The notes beneath the pieces were generated by a model that saw nothing but the letters and a program-made list of their open reading frames with translations, was not told the origin of the DNA and did no database searches. Below, piece after piece: positions 35,101 through 64,000 of a stretch of 64,000 nt of DNA (within the stretch, counting starts at the first letter, position 1; every line of letters begins with the position of its first letter). The DNA is from Trichoplax adhaerens. Its lineage: Eukaryota > Animalia > Placozoa. Where the stretch lies: positions 604,695 to 668,694 of the forward strand of contig NW_002060947.1 of the NCBI RefSeq assembly GCF_000150275.1, written 5' to 3'. The position numbers and the translations under genes were made by a program.

Positions 35101-36457
35101 AGACCAGCATGATTCTAAAATCGTTCACGCTCTCCCATCAACAACACATCAGTTAGAAAAGGTAAACGTTGAATTAATATCTGCTAATAGGCTTCAGAAA
35201 TCGAATCCTCTTAATCAACAGCAGATAGAAAAATCGCAGCCTATATTTAAGGTTATTTACGATGAACAAGAAGCAAATATCAATTCTTCCGAAGCTTTTA
35301 CAAGTACATTCTGGGATTTCCGATCTACAATTATGGATATGAGTGATTATGACATTCCTATGGAAATGATAGAGATAGCTACTAAATTCGAATTGATATC
35401 TGATCATTATAATACTTATTCTATTTCCAATAGTCTAGATTATTCAAGTGTTAGACGCACAACAGAGACCATAGTAGATCGCACTTCGGTATTGCAAACG
35501 ACATTATTATCAGAATATTATTTTACCGGGGAAAGCTCTACTAGTGTCTTGAAAACGTCAGTTTTATCTACGAATCCTGTGATAATGTCTACCGCAGAAG
35601 TTGTTACGACATTGTTTTCAGATGCTATAACAGTTTCGCAATTATCACTGACTCCTGCTATTTCCTCAAGCTCGACTTTATCTATTACATCATCACAATC
35701 TACACCATCAATGGATACATCTTTGCAATATCCTCAGTTTATAATATCTTTTGGTCATGATTGTGGTTCCGTTTATCAGACTATATTTAAATTTGCTATC
35801 AGCGTTAAACAAGCTCTGTCTAAACTTCTGCAAGTGCCGATATTATCACTGACTGTACAGGAAGCTAGGTGCAATCCTTTTGAAGTTATAATAACCGGCA
35901 GTGTCTATAATTACGGCCAGGTTATAGATATGAGCAATAAGTTAAATTATGAAATTCAACATCATGGCTTAATAGTATTATACAATCAAGCTAATTATAC
36001 AGCATTGAATGCTAGTGTTACTTGGTATTCGTCAGTATTTACTCCCAATATACCCGAAACTACTAGTCCACCAACAACCAACCTTGTACCTTTGGCTATT
36101 ACACTGGGTTCTCTGGGTGTTATTTGCCTCGTAGGAGTTATTGTATTTTGTCTACGTGTTAATATTAAGCTAAGTACTATATGTCGATGCTTAAACTTAA
36201 GTCATCGGAGAAAAAATGCATCGCCTTTTGGTGGAGAAAGTGATAATCCGTTACAAAATTTTACTTCTATTGTTTCATCTAGCCGTATCAACAAAAATTT
36301 TGAGGAAATGGATGAAATATCAGAAATAGAACCTTTACATAGCAATGTTAATATTCCAAAAACGATCATCACTTCACCTAGTCTACATGTCTTCGTTGAT
36401 CCTATATTAGAGGATTCAGCTGAAGAAGAGGCAGGAGCAAATATAACTAGGATGTGA
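32178..36457 (+). CDS. Type I membrane glycoprotein: signal peptide, Ser/Thr-rich mucin-like stalk, SEA-like juxtamembrane domain, one TM helix, cytoplasmic tail
   Basis: Exon 32178-32321 (MKKNLYYVILFYYFILVILTARC..., G|GTAAG) and exon 32853-32991 are in frame. The large terminal exon lies within ORF 34586-36457 and has an S/T-rich region, TM LAITLGSLGVICLVGVIVFCL and the end ...ITRM*. Internal exons between 33.0 and 34.6 kb could not be resolved. Confidence 0.6.
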
Positions 36458-37808
36458 AACAACAATAAGTGTTCTTATAATTTTTACGATTCATCTTGTA
36501 AATAAATTGTTACGATATCCCTGGCAAAACCACTTTTGAAATAGCCTGTAAATTCGTAGAATAAGTGTTATAGTTTTCAGAGCAATTCTACTGGATTCAA
36601 TGGATGTGAAAATTCTTAGAAGTATTTGAATGATATTTCTGTTTTTTTATGAAATGATTGATTTTACGTCTTGTAATCAATATAACAAAGAAATTAACAC
36701 AGTAAATTGTGGTCCTACATCAGTATTTGCTACAAGTTAAGTAACAAAGAAACTTATTGCATACATCATGAAGTCTGCGCTACTAGTGTGCAAAAAATTT
36801 AAATGTACTAAAATTTAGGAGCGAAAGAATAATTTACGGCGCAGATTCTAAACTATAAATTTCAGATTAAATTTTGAAATATGATTTTTATAATTTTATA
36901 TCGATTTGAGATATACAGTATAGCGGCAGCATAAATAATCAATAAGTTAAAGAACTGTGTCTACATTTTAAAGGTAGCAATTTTACAGTAGTGCTATACC
37001 ATATGCATTTTCAGAATTAATTTAAACAAATAGCATTTTTGAACTATATTAATCAACGTGACAGCTGGTTTTACCTATCAACTTAGAGAAATGAACAACG
37101 TCATGAAAACTACGAGAAGTAGTGATATACATTGAAGCAGGAAATATTTCCATATAATCTCCGAATTTACTACCGAGTCATTGACTAAAAATACAATTTT
37201 CAAACGTTTGTTTATATATAGCGTTAGGAAAATTATGATTTACAGTTTCTGTTCTGGATTAAAGTCACTGCTAGTATTTCAGTAAAGATAAAAGAATTAC
37301 AACAGATGTGAATGATTTCTTTAACGTACACAGTGATGCAAGCTCATCGCTACTTTCTTTTGAGTTTAATGTTGCGCTCAATAAAGTAGTTACAAAGCAG
37401 AAGTTCAAGGCTAATATACTCAATCTAGTTTCTGATTTTAAAGCATACTGTACAGACCCCAGTTCCCTGCCAATGTTAGCATCATACTTTTCTTGGATTT
37501 TATCATTAACGCATATAGATACAGTGTGTAATTCTGAAGTCTATTATCCAGTGCCAGTCTGGAATGTTGTAAAATTGTGCAATAGATTATACTTTATTGC
37601 ATTGAGTTTAATTTGATTCCATCAGATTAATATCCATAAGCATTCTCGTTGTACAAACATTCAATACTGTAGTTAAATTAATTCAAATTCAGTTTGATGA
37701 ATTCTTTTGTAGTTACAAAATTACCACAACGCTCTATTTAGTCAAAGTATAGAGCAATAGCACAGAATTGTATTTCGAGTATCGCCAATTTTGATTGACT
37801 GCCAAGTA

Positions 37809-38434
37809 TTATTGTGTAGGAGGATTTGCTGTATTAGTTCCAGGAGATAAAAATGCCTGTTGAATTTGTTTGTCAGCTAATGGTCCATTTTCCGTAAATT
37901 GGTGCATGAATCTGTTGTTGGCATTGATCATTTTCATTGTACACAAATTTATACATTGTTTCTGAAAGGAAAAGTGGAAATGGCTATACGGTTAATAAAG
38001 TGATCTATCTTTATGTTCTATTTCTACCATTACAGATCGATTAGAAAACTAGCTACTATGAATCTCATATTTGAAATATTAGAGTCACCTACAACATATC
38101 GCGAAGTTCTTTAGCTATTGTAGTGTTCATTACTATTTCATAATACTTACTTCATCATCATCTGTATTTCTGTATTTAAAATGGGTAATGCAGGAAGAAA
38201 AGCATTTTTCAGTAATAGCATTGTAGACTATTAAAAATTGTCGAAACTAGGGGGAGAAAAATACAATATTAATACCTGTACGACTATACTGTAACTATCA
38301 CCCAAAATCCAACATTTTATCAAGCTATCTGCAATGACGTAGTCTCAAGCATGTTTTAGCTTAAGTTATTGGAAGATATTATTGTATCCATCATAATTAT
38401 ACAAAGAGTCATCACTTACATCGGCAATATCCAT
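37809..38434 (-). CDS. TIMM10B: Small Tim chaperone, TIM9/TIM10B (Tim9B/FXC1)-like, 87 aa; exons 38434-38420, 38246-38151, 37961-37809
   Basis: Spliced product MDIAD-FRQFLIVYNAITEKCFSSCITHFKYRNTDDDE-KQCINLCTMKMINANNRFMHQF... has the twin CX3C motif. FLxVYN and KxIxxNxRxM fit TIMM10B better than TIMM9. Absent from the ORF track. Confidence 0.85.
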
Positions 38435-38629
38435 CTCTATAATACAGTATATCAATTAATTTAATAAATGAGATAGAATAGCGTGCGATAATATTGGTAA
38501 TGAAGGTCTTTCACAAGGGTCTAAGCATCCACATTTCCTCCATCCTCTCCTGCGATACTTTGCTTTACTACTGCAGCTTGGAAAATGGTGTTGGAAGTTG
38601 GAACACTTTGACACTTGCATCGGTTGCAT

Positions 38630-38795
38630 GCTGAATGCTGTACCGTATGTGCTACAGTACAAGGTACGGTAGCGTACAGTGCAGAGTACAGTACTCTACG
38701 GACTGTAACTACTCTGTACTGCGCACTCACGGACTACTAACAAGTTTTTCTTTTAGTAGTCCCATGGTACTGTACACTGTACAGTAGAGTACTTT
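38630..38795. repeat. GTAC/TACAGTA-rich low-complexity tract in the divergent promoter between TIMM10B-like and NSDHL
   Basis: Dense TACAGT/ACTGTA/GTAC words, e.g. GTACTGTACACTGTACAGTA at ~38767. Confidence 0.65.
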
Positions 38796-38976
38796 TAAAA
38801 GAGGCCACGCGCACGCCATTGACGAAAGCCTATCGAATGGAGTCATAGTGATCCAGTAGTATTTAGTATTCTGCACGGCAAGAGTGTCATAAGAGCTCGG
38901 CTTCTGCTCCAATTGATGATATATTATTATTATTAAACCAGCATATCGAGTATATCGATTACGTTATTTGTTGGAA

Positions 38977-41252
38977 ATGGCTTTACAAAAGGTGAGTATC
39001 AAAGTTTTCATACCTGTCTTTCTTTAGCACTGCTACCAAGAACGATTATAATTTTGTATACGCCATTATACAGTGTTAATCTTAAAAATGCTGTCGATTG
39101 TTCAAAGTGATACGATTGTATCTCGTTGCACACGTAAAGTACTGGTATAAATTGCAACAGTCGCCATTGCCTATACTGTAGGGCCACAACTTCAATCATT
39201 GTCGTGGTCTTCTGAAAACGCCGTGAAGTTAATTAATTTTCTAGTGGAATGACCATATAGTACATGGATATTGTTGTTTCCAGCTTAGATAGCCTGTATG
39301 TTATGATGGCTTATTCGACTTTGTCGCTCAGTGGTTCTAAACTGTAATCGTAGAGCATAATGCAGAACTATTCTGTTAACTACTAATTTTGGGACATAAA
39401 GATATAGTTGAAGATGACCAATGAAATTGGTGCATTATCAAGGCATTTGTACAATGACTAATTTGCTTATCGATATATTAAAAGTGTACCGTTATCGGTG
39501 GTTGTGGATTTCTTGGGCGTCACCTAGTTACAATGTTACTTGAACGAGGATACCAAGTCAATGTCTTTGATATTCGCCAAAGTTGGGATAATCCAAAAGT
39601 CCGCTTCTTTACTGGAAATTTGTGCAAAATTGAGGTATGTTGTAGAATGAGTAGTAAAAGTATATCATACTGCTATTCGTTTTTGGACGATCTTACTTTG
39701 ATTCAGGGTTAAGAATGGTAAAGTTTGATAGCCATGCAATGCAAAAATACTAGACAGTATACGGACGTAATGTGACCTTTGATTCTGTTACTGAGATTAA
39801 TACGGGCGTACGATTCATATTTAGATTTGCTTACAATAAATGGATCGAATGTCATGTTATGCTGTAATCAATTTCTACCTCATGAAACATACTGTACTAT
39901 GCACATCTAATATTGTTTTGATGCTACAGGATCTAGTACCTGCCTTAGAAGGAGTGGATGTGGCTTTCCATTGCGCATCACCTCCATACACAAGCGGTGA
40001 TAAGTAAGTAGACACCTCAATAAGTTTTATCTACGAAAATCGATGTTACCAAAACTCGACATAAAATTGGCTGGAATAACCTGTTAATTTCTTCTATTTA
40101 AGGAAGCTATTTTACAATGTGAATTACTTGGGTACCAAGAATGTCATTGAATGTTGCAAGAAGGCTCGCGTCCAGGTAACTACTTTCCAAAGTGTTATCT
40201 AATTCGAAAATTTACCCAAAATAAATTCGTTTGTTGACAAATGAATGCAGTGTAATAAACTTTAACTTGTGCCGTAGAGATTGGTTCTAACCAGTAGTGC
40301 AAGTGTCGTCTATGAAGGGCGAGACATTTTAAATGGTACGGAAGAACTCCCTTATGCTTCGAAACCAATCGATTATTACACTGAAACCAAAATTCTACAA
40401 GAAAAGGTATATCTGAATTAGCATTAATATGCAATATCAGCAACTTGAGATTGTATGCTTGAATTTGTAGGAAGTTCGAAAAGCTTGTCAGGAAAAGCCG
40501 GATAGCGACGGTAACATACTACTTACCGTTGCTATTCGTCCGCATGGAATATTTGGGCCTGGTGATCCGCATATGTTGCCAACGCTAGTGGAAATGGCTA
40601 AGCAAGGAAAATCCAAATTTATCATCGGGTAAGTTAGCTCTAGCAGATCGTAATATGTGCTATAATTGTGGTAGTAGTATTTTTAATACAGAACAATAAT
40701 TTTACATTTTCTGTCGTAGGAACGGTAAAAACCTGGTTGATTTCACTCATGTATCAAATGTTGTGCACGGTCATATCTTAGCAGCAGAGGCCTTAAAGGT
40801 TGGATCGCGCGTTTGTGGAAAAGTAAGCTAACTAAATTATTACTCTATTTAATTACGACTATACAATATATCCATGCCGTTGTTTCCATCTCAGTTTAAA
40901 CCGTGCCATGCTCTTTCGATAGGCATATCATATTACAAATGATGAACCTATCTATTTCTGGACCTTTATGACCAAAATGCTGACTGGCCTTGATTACCCA
41001 GCTCCTCATATTAAAATTCCCTATCTATTGTTATACGTAATTGCTATGTTGCTTCAATTTTTGTGTATCATTTTAAAGCCACTCATTGTTATCAAGCCAA
41101 CATTTACTCCAATGCGTGTTGCTTTAGCTGGTACGCACCACTGTTACAGCTGTAAGAAAGCCAAGAAAGAGTTTAATTTTAAGCCTGTTATTCCATTAGA
41201 AGAGGCAATTGATGCTACTATCAAAGATTACAAGTCAAAGCATGCTCAGTAG
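38977..41252 (+). CDS. NSDHL: Sterol-4-alpha-carboxylate 3-dehydrogenase (extended SDR); 8 exons: 38977-38991, 39485-39634, 39930-40002, 40103-40175, ~40279-40407, ~40471-40628, ~40720-40822, ~40923-41252
   Basis: [15 protein letters not shown] Rossmann motif, [27 protein letters not shown] (YxxxK), [55 protein letters not shown]. Confidence 0.93.
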
Positions 41253-42159
41253 CTGATCGCCACGATATGAATGATTTGGCATTTGAATATTATGAAGTCT
41301 ACACTATTTTAGTGTAGAACGGTTGTACAATTTTTGTTTGATTGTCGATTTTTGGGGGATATTTTAAACTGATTTATATACATGCACTTGCTCTTAGCCA
41401 ATTCATCTGTAGAAAGTAAAGCGTGTAACGAGCCATCCGTTACCTTTTCAATATTAGATAGGTATAAATGATTACCCCTATTTCTTGAGTTGAATAACGT
41501 AAGCCCTAATTAATCCGACTAGTACTTGCAATTTGTTAGCAGAGTAAGTTTAAAATAGTTATCTTTGGTTATTTATACAGTATAGATAATTGGATATCAT
41601 TCGATATTGCAGAGCATTCCATTTATATTCGTACGTGATTAAACTTTGAGTTTTATCTATGATCTCTTTTTAAGCTACCGCTATTTAAGTTTTATCTGGT
41701 GAATATGAAGAAGCCACTACCATTTTGTTCAATTGAAATTTTGGATTTCTTTTAATGGATATTTCTTGCATATGATATAAAATCTATAATCATAAAAAGC
41801 GACGTTAAATCAGCTGATGAGTTTACACCATTGATAGATTTACTAAGCCCTAAAATAGTTATGTGTTTTTCATATTAAGATAAGAAATTCATGACTTGAG
41901 TTCTTGTAATGACAGCATTGCTGTGTGCAGACTCATGGCAAAGCTGTAACAGTCACTCTCACAAGCTGGAAACCATCCTTGACGACCGTATGCTAGGAAA
42001 TTGATCGCCTTTTCTAATTATGAAGTATGAACTGTAATAACTAACTTCAGTAAAGTATACTAAAAATCAGTGTCAGCGCTGCATCAACTATTCATAAAAT
42101 GGAAATTAATCCCATTCTCGGTGTTCATGTTGGTTTCAGTTACAGCTAAGGCTAAGAAC

Positions 42160-43410
42160 TTTTATAAAGTACAGTACAGTAGTCCTTTACCGGAGAGGAA
42201 GTTACTGTCTGTACTGTACACTGTACAGTGTACACTCTGTGTCCAGTACTGTCTTCACAATACAGTACTGCACCGTCTAGAAAGTCACACTGAAAGGCAG
42301 CGTACTGCATGCATTTGAGTAGTCTCCCGCAGTGTTCTAGTCCATACGCATCATTGCAAACTCTGTATACTGGACGCGTATACAGTATACAGTACGTACA
42401 CGATATATCACTGTTAACCAAATCTTTTAATATCATACAGATAAATTCTTATTCCTCTCTGGTTAGTATCAAATGCACACGTTTTATTTTGCAATGTATG
42501 ATCTAATTTTTAAAAATAAAAAAACTCACTATAAGGAGGTACGTGTTTATATCAAACAACCGCTACAGCTACTGTAAATAAATAATAATAATAGACTGTC
42601 ATAGAATAGAAAATATTATTGTCATTAATTTAATTTAATTAATTATACACTATAGAGTGAGTACTGTACGTAATAGAGGCCCCAAAAAATAATAATAAAG
42701 CGGAGAAATTTGCATCATTACTGTAAAGTACTTTACAGTACAATGAAAAATGAATCAATTACGCGTACTCATACTGTACTCCAAATTTGAAAGGAGGACG
42801 GACAGTAAATCGGACACATTTGCGCCTTAGGTCCAAAATATGTCTACAGTATGTACTGTGAAGTACAGTATGATGGGACATTTTTTCGAGCGGGATACTG
42901 TACTGCATGCAGACATACTGTACACTGTAGTACTGTATTTGCTGAGCTATTTGGATAGCTTTTAAAAAGTGCTACAGTGCTGTACGGCAGTACTGTACTC
43001 AGTGTACTGTATACTGTAGTACTGTACAGTACTGTACTGTACACTGTACAGTACTGTCTGGGTGGTTTACAAGTGCTTCGTATACAGTACTGTAGTACTG
43101 TACTCAGTGTACTGTACTGTCTGGGTGGTTTACAAGTGCTACTATACGTACTGTACAGTACACTATACACTATACTGTACAGTAGTATACTGTACACTGT
43201 ACCGTACAGTACAGTACAGTACAAGCTGAATTTCTCAAGTACTGTACACTGTACACTGTACAGTGTACAGCACAAAGTAAACCATGACCACCAGGAGTAC
43301 AGTACTGTACAGTAAGTAAGTAGCGTCATTACCTACTGTACTGCACACTGTACACTGGAGTCATAGTCATTTACTAGACTCTACTGTACACTGTACAGTG
43401 TACAGTGCAC
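42160..43410. repeat. Long GTAC/TACAGT/ACTGTA simple-sequence region upstream of the dynein heavy chain, including a short tandem duplication
   Basis: Very dense palindromic words (TGTACA, AGTACT, TACAGTA) at 42160-42400 and 42840-43410. GTACTGTCTGGGTGGTTTACAAGTGCT occurs twice (~43051, ~43114). Confidence 0.8.
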
Positions 43411-43742
43411 AAACTCACTAGCATCTGCATCCAAGCTGTGATCAGATGCGCAGCATTGAAGGCGTTTGGTTGGCTAGCCCAAGCAAAGAACGCCATCCTT
43501 GTATTAGAGAGAAAGTACAGTATATTGAATTGTATAGACGGTGTGGAGTTTTTTGAGGGTAAATTTCAAAGACCATATCGCTTTGCTGCCCGCGGTTAGA
43601 GCACGAAAGAGGTTCTCAATCGTAGCAAGCGTTCTCATTGTAGTCGAAATTATCCATCTTGTAAAGTTTATTTCTATCAGCAGCAATTATTTCAACGATT
43701 TTGATCGAAATCAACTTGACTTGTTGAAAAAGGGGCGCGATC

Positions 43743-60240
<16,498 letters not shown>

Positions 60241-61142
60241 GTAGTTAATATAAGAATTGTTGCTGTCATAGTAAAGAATAAAAAATTTTTATTTTATTTA
60301 ATTTTTGCTGTTTAATGTATTTTCTTCGTGATATAGTACGATTGAAATATGATACACGGCTTATCATAGAGCCAGCGAGCTTAAAACTGTTAGCGTGGTT
60401 TTGGTTTGTTTACTAATACTGATTATTTTGTGTATTTCATGTCAGACCTGTTGCGATTAAGAATTGTCTCTTTTCGTTCTCCGTATTTCTTATCTCATAA
60501 CTAAATTAATAAAATCCAGCTATAGTAGTATTTTTTCTCCTTTGTAAACTTTCCGAAATGCACTATATTAGAATGGGTTTTTGAAACTGAGGCATCATAA
60601 CATGTAATGCCTGCTGTGATGTTTCATTATTTCGTAGAATTTTTTTATTGATATTTCATAGCTGTTAAAAATTCTTCTAATAAATTTGAAACCTTTCAAA
60701 AGTCCACTAACGACTCTGGCTAGACATTTAGTCTATTACCATATATGTCTATACTTTGGCCTACGGTAAATGATACACTGGTTCGTGATAAGCATTCGTT
60801 ATACTTGTCGAGAGAAATTTGCTTTTATCACTGAAAGTGAAATCAACTTCTATTACACAGGGTAAATAAATAACACCGTATTATATACTGTATGTATATC
60901 TAATTCATCATCAAACTTAATTACTTATTTAAACAGCTATGCTTTCTATAAATTTATTATCCTCTCGTAGCTAGATGAATTTCATACCATCACAGAGTAC
61001 AGCTATAAAACACTTCAACAGAAGTAGGGCATCATACTGTACAAGTTTACATTGATATTATTAATCACGATGTACCCCAAAATGGGGTTTAACCGAACAA
61101 TATTGTTAATTATCAATTCAGAAAGTTGATCATATTGGCCAC

Positions 61143-62362
61143 TTAATCAAGTGGGATATCTATAAAATAATTAGAGAACGAGGGTTATTGTTAATAAGAA
61201 AATATTGTAAAGTTCGATAAATATTATATCTGGATGCTTTATGATTTAAGATTATCAGTCGTAATCTAACAACCAATCTTGCAACGGTTTAGCTACTTTA
61301 TAATGCACTAATATTAAACCAGTAGTTGCCTGTTCATCAAGTACTATATACAGAAAAGTTCCTACAAAAACCTTTTACTTACTCATATGAAATACTCGCA
61401 CAGTAGCGTATCAGTATAAATGAACTGATTTTTCAAATTTAATGTTATAGTCATTATAATTATTGGTTTTATATGATTATAGAGTCGATGTGATTTACCT
61501 TCCAAGAATGCAAAGTGATCTGTTGTCTTGATAGCGTCGTCTGTATAAAATAATAATGAAGATAATGCAGACATTAAGAATCATATTTTATACTTGTACT
61601 CAGATATTTAAATATTAAAGCAGATAAAAAATGATAGCATTTACTCAAAGGTTGGTAAATTACCTAAGTCTTTTCGCTGTAGTGTTTTTCTCTTATATTC
61701 GACCGTTCGTTTATGTGCTTCTTTTGTGAAGTATTCTACGAATAACTCCTACATACGCGTGTATTGAACATATACACAATATATGCAGTAGTAGGTTAGT
61801 AATTAGAAATGGATGATTAATTACTTTAGGTAAGACTAGTTATAGCAACTATCCAAAGCGATTTCATATGAAGACCTTCCAATATCCATTCCATGCATGC
61901 TGGTATATGCGAAGCTTGTATATGTAATTTAAATTACAATGACAAGTAATTCAAACATAAAGATATTAAAGCTATCAATGTGCGTTCTATTACAAATTGA
62001 AGACCAATCTGTGATAGAAATGCATTCATCAGCTATATCAACAGATTATCATCCGATTTCTTGAAGAACATCACGATGGGAAAATGTATGGAATCGAGCC
62101 CAATGAATAAGCAAATTACTCAATCTCTGCAAATGTCGAAGTTCTCCACTATATTAGTGTCTTAACCCTATTGAATACAACTCACCGTGGTCTTGGTAAT
62201 CAAGTATACAGCTTCAGAGCTAGCCAAAGTAACGTCATGATCTAGCTTAATAATATTTCTAACACGAGTTTGAGGTAATTTAGTCAATCTTATGCTAGCA
62301 TTGGCATTTTCGTTGAGCTGTTTTTCTTCATCGAGAACTTCTTCATTCCCCGCCATGAGCAT
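61143..62362 (-). CDS. POLE4: DNA polymerase epsilon subunit 4 (histone-fold, NF-YC-like); exons 62362-62186, 61748-61664, 61540-61499, 61159-61143
   Basis: Spliced product ...RLTKLPQTRVRNIIKLDHDVTLASSEAVYLITKTT-ELFVEYFTKEAHKRTVEYKRKTLQRKDL-DDAIKTTDHFAFLE-DIPLD*. All junctions are GT-AG and phase-consistent. The start is at 62362 or 62356. Confidence 0.88.
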
Positions 62363-62629
62363 TTACTTCTGCGCAGTGATGCCCATGGAGCCACCTCCAT
62401 TTCCAAGGAGCATCATCGTATACAGACATACGGATGTCGTGGCCAGTTCTGCTCCACTCCTCACTCTGTCTCACTTGCTCTTGCCCCACTTAAAATCTTC
62501 ATCTCCGAAATTTTGCTTTTCCATAATTGATACACGATTTGACGATTCTTTTATAACTTCTCTACAATTTTATCGTTATAGAAGGTATAGAATTTGGAAT
62601 GATTGCTTACCTACAGTGACTAATATCGC

Positions 62630-64000
62630 ATGGATATGGTAAAATTGATTAGGCTCATCCGATATCGGACGATTTCACAACCTTGGAGAAGGCAAGACTT
62701 CATCTAATATTTACTTGATGGTTAATAATTGTAATCTTGCACTAAGATCAGCCCTTACATGCTTACTAAATCATGATATAATGATTCAATCTCGATTAGG
62801 TACTGTAGTGGTAGTGAAGGTTGGAATTGGGAAGCTAAAGTAGGCTTAGAAGTTCATGCCCAAATTAACACATCATGCAAATTATTTTCATCCTCTCCTG
62901 TTCAATTTTATGCTCCTCCCAATACCTTGGTTTCATACGTTGATGCTGCACTTCCTGGAACTTTACCGGTATTAATGACAATTCTCATGTACTATAGCTA
63001 AAACGCATTAAATAGATGTAATTTTTGCTAAATTTTATCCAGCGATATGAACCACTAAATGCTATGGAAGTAGATATACGAGATAAACAACATTAGCTCA
63101 TATTTGTTATCTTTGCAAGATGAGCTCTTAACCGTCTGCATGTACTCAAGCTATATTTCGATGTCTAGGTGCTTAATAGAGAATGTGTCAAAGCTGGAGT
63201 AGCTACGGCTCTTGCTCTTTCCTTTAAAATTAATCGTAGATCTTATTTTGACCGGAAGCACTATTTCTATTGTGACCTACCGGTAAGTAAAGTATTAACC
63301 CAGTTCTTGAATTACCTTGTTGGGAAGCATCCCTTAATGGCGCACTGATTAGTAAAGTTATTATTGCCTAACACAATCAATGTAGCATGAAATAAGGTAG
63401 CATAAAACTAGATTCATCAGTATATTTGTTGTATAGTATATGATGTTGGGTTTTCTTGTTACTGAAATAAATTAAATTGCAAAAACTTGGTGTGAAGTAG
63501 AGAAGCGTTGCCATTCTGGTCTACTATTATCTTACTCGTACACTAGCTAAATTGATGACTACCTGACCAGCTGAAAACTGTTCTATATACTCAATACATA
63601 TAAAAAGAAAAGAACGTAATTAAAAATTGATTATTTTATCCGATGATATAATGCAGTACAGTGCATGGCTACTATATCGATGGCATACCAAGTAATACCC
63701 ACAGATTCTATATTTTTCATAATTATGTACGCGTATGTTCCATTACAACTAGCCAGCCTATGATATCTAAAATATTTCCGTTCTATAAAATAATTTATGT
63801 ATAAAAGGCCGGCTACCAAATCACTCAGCAACGGGTTCCATTAGGAGTAGATGGTGGATTAACTTCTTATGTCGTAAGTCCAAGAAAGGTCAATCATTTA
63901 ATTGATGGCACTTTTATGCCTCGTAAGACTTTATCGGTTCGATTAAAGCAAATTCATCTGGAACAAGATAGTGGTCGTAGTATTTATGATGGTTACGGCC
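62630..64000 (+). CDS. GATB: Mitochondrial glutamyl-tRNA(Gln) amidotransferase subunit B (PET112), 5' part, truncated by the window end; exons 62630-62691, 62800-62968, 63169-63282, 63808->64000
   Basis: [30 protein letters not shown]|[15 protein letters not shown]|AGYQITQ and QIHLEQDSG are GatB signatures. The first exon encodes an Arg-rich presequence ([20 protein letters not shown]). Absent from the ORF track. Confidence 0.92.

Noticed and set aside
42844-43329. ORFs rich in Y/C/T/V/S/Q (also 42070-42506, 25436-25732, 38456-38912)
   Set aside because: Translations of self-complementary GTAC/TACAGT simple repeats; no protein-family features.
62292-62642. Plus-strand 116-aa ORF as the GATB first exon
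   Set aside because: It overlaps the POLE4 coding start antisense and lacks presequence character. The 62630 ATG with a GC donor gives a better mitochondrial leader.

Overview
AT-rich, intron-containing animal genomic DNA with short GT-AG introns and GTAC/TACAGTA-rich promoter regions. The overall style suggests an early-branching metazoan such as a placozoan (Trichoplax-like); this is an inference only. The left half (1-30 kb) is an accessory-type region. It holds three intact two-exon hydroxylysine-kinase-like (HYKK/APH-fold) paralogs, one HYKK pseudogene and a ~790-bp head-to-tail duplication. It also holds two paralogous multi-exon genes that the ORF track only half shows. These encode secreted prepropeptides: signal peptide, Asp/Glu-rich propiece, then extremely Arg-rich, CxCY-containing peptides ending in a Gly-Lys-Lys amidation signal. 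Gene A (14426-15045) gives one 64-aa (RRR-hydrophobic)n peptide. Gene B (21397-22218) gives two 24-26-aa peptides. This candidate cationic defence-peptide family, with conserved promoter and 3'-end motifs, is the most interesting system in the window. The right half is housekeeping: a mucin-like type I membrane protein, TIMM10B-like and NSDHL (divergent pair), cytoplasmic dynein-1 heavy chain with a 9.2-kb exon, POLE4, and the 5' part of mitochondrial GATB (divergent from POLE4, with a probable GC-AG first intron). All exon coordinates and residue counts were derived by hand; no database searches were run.
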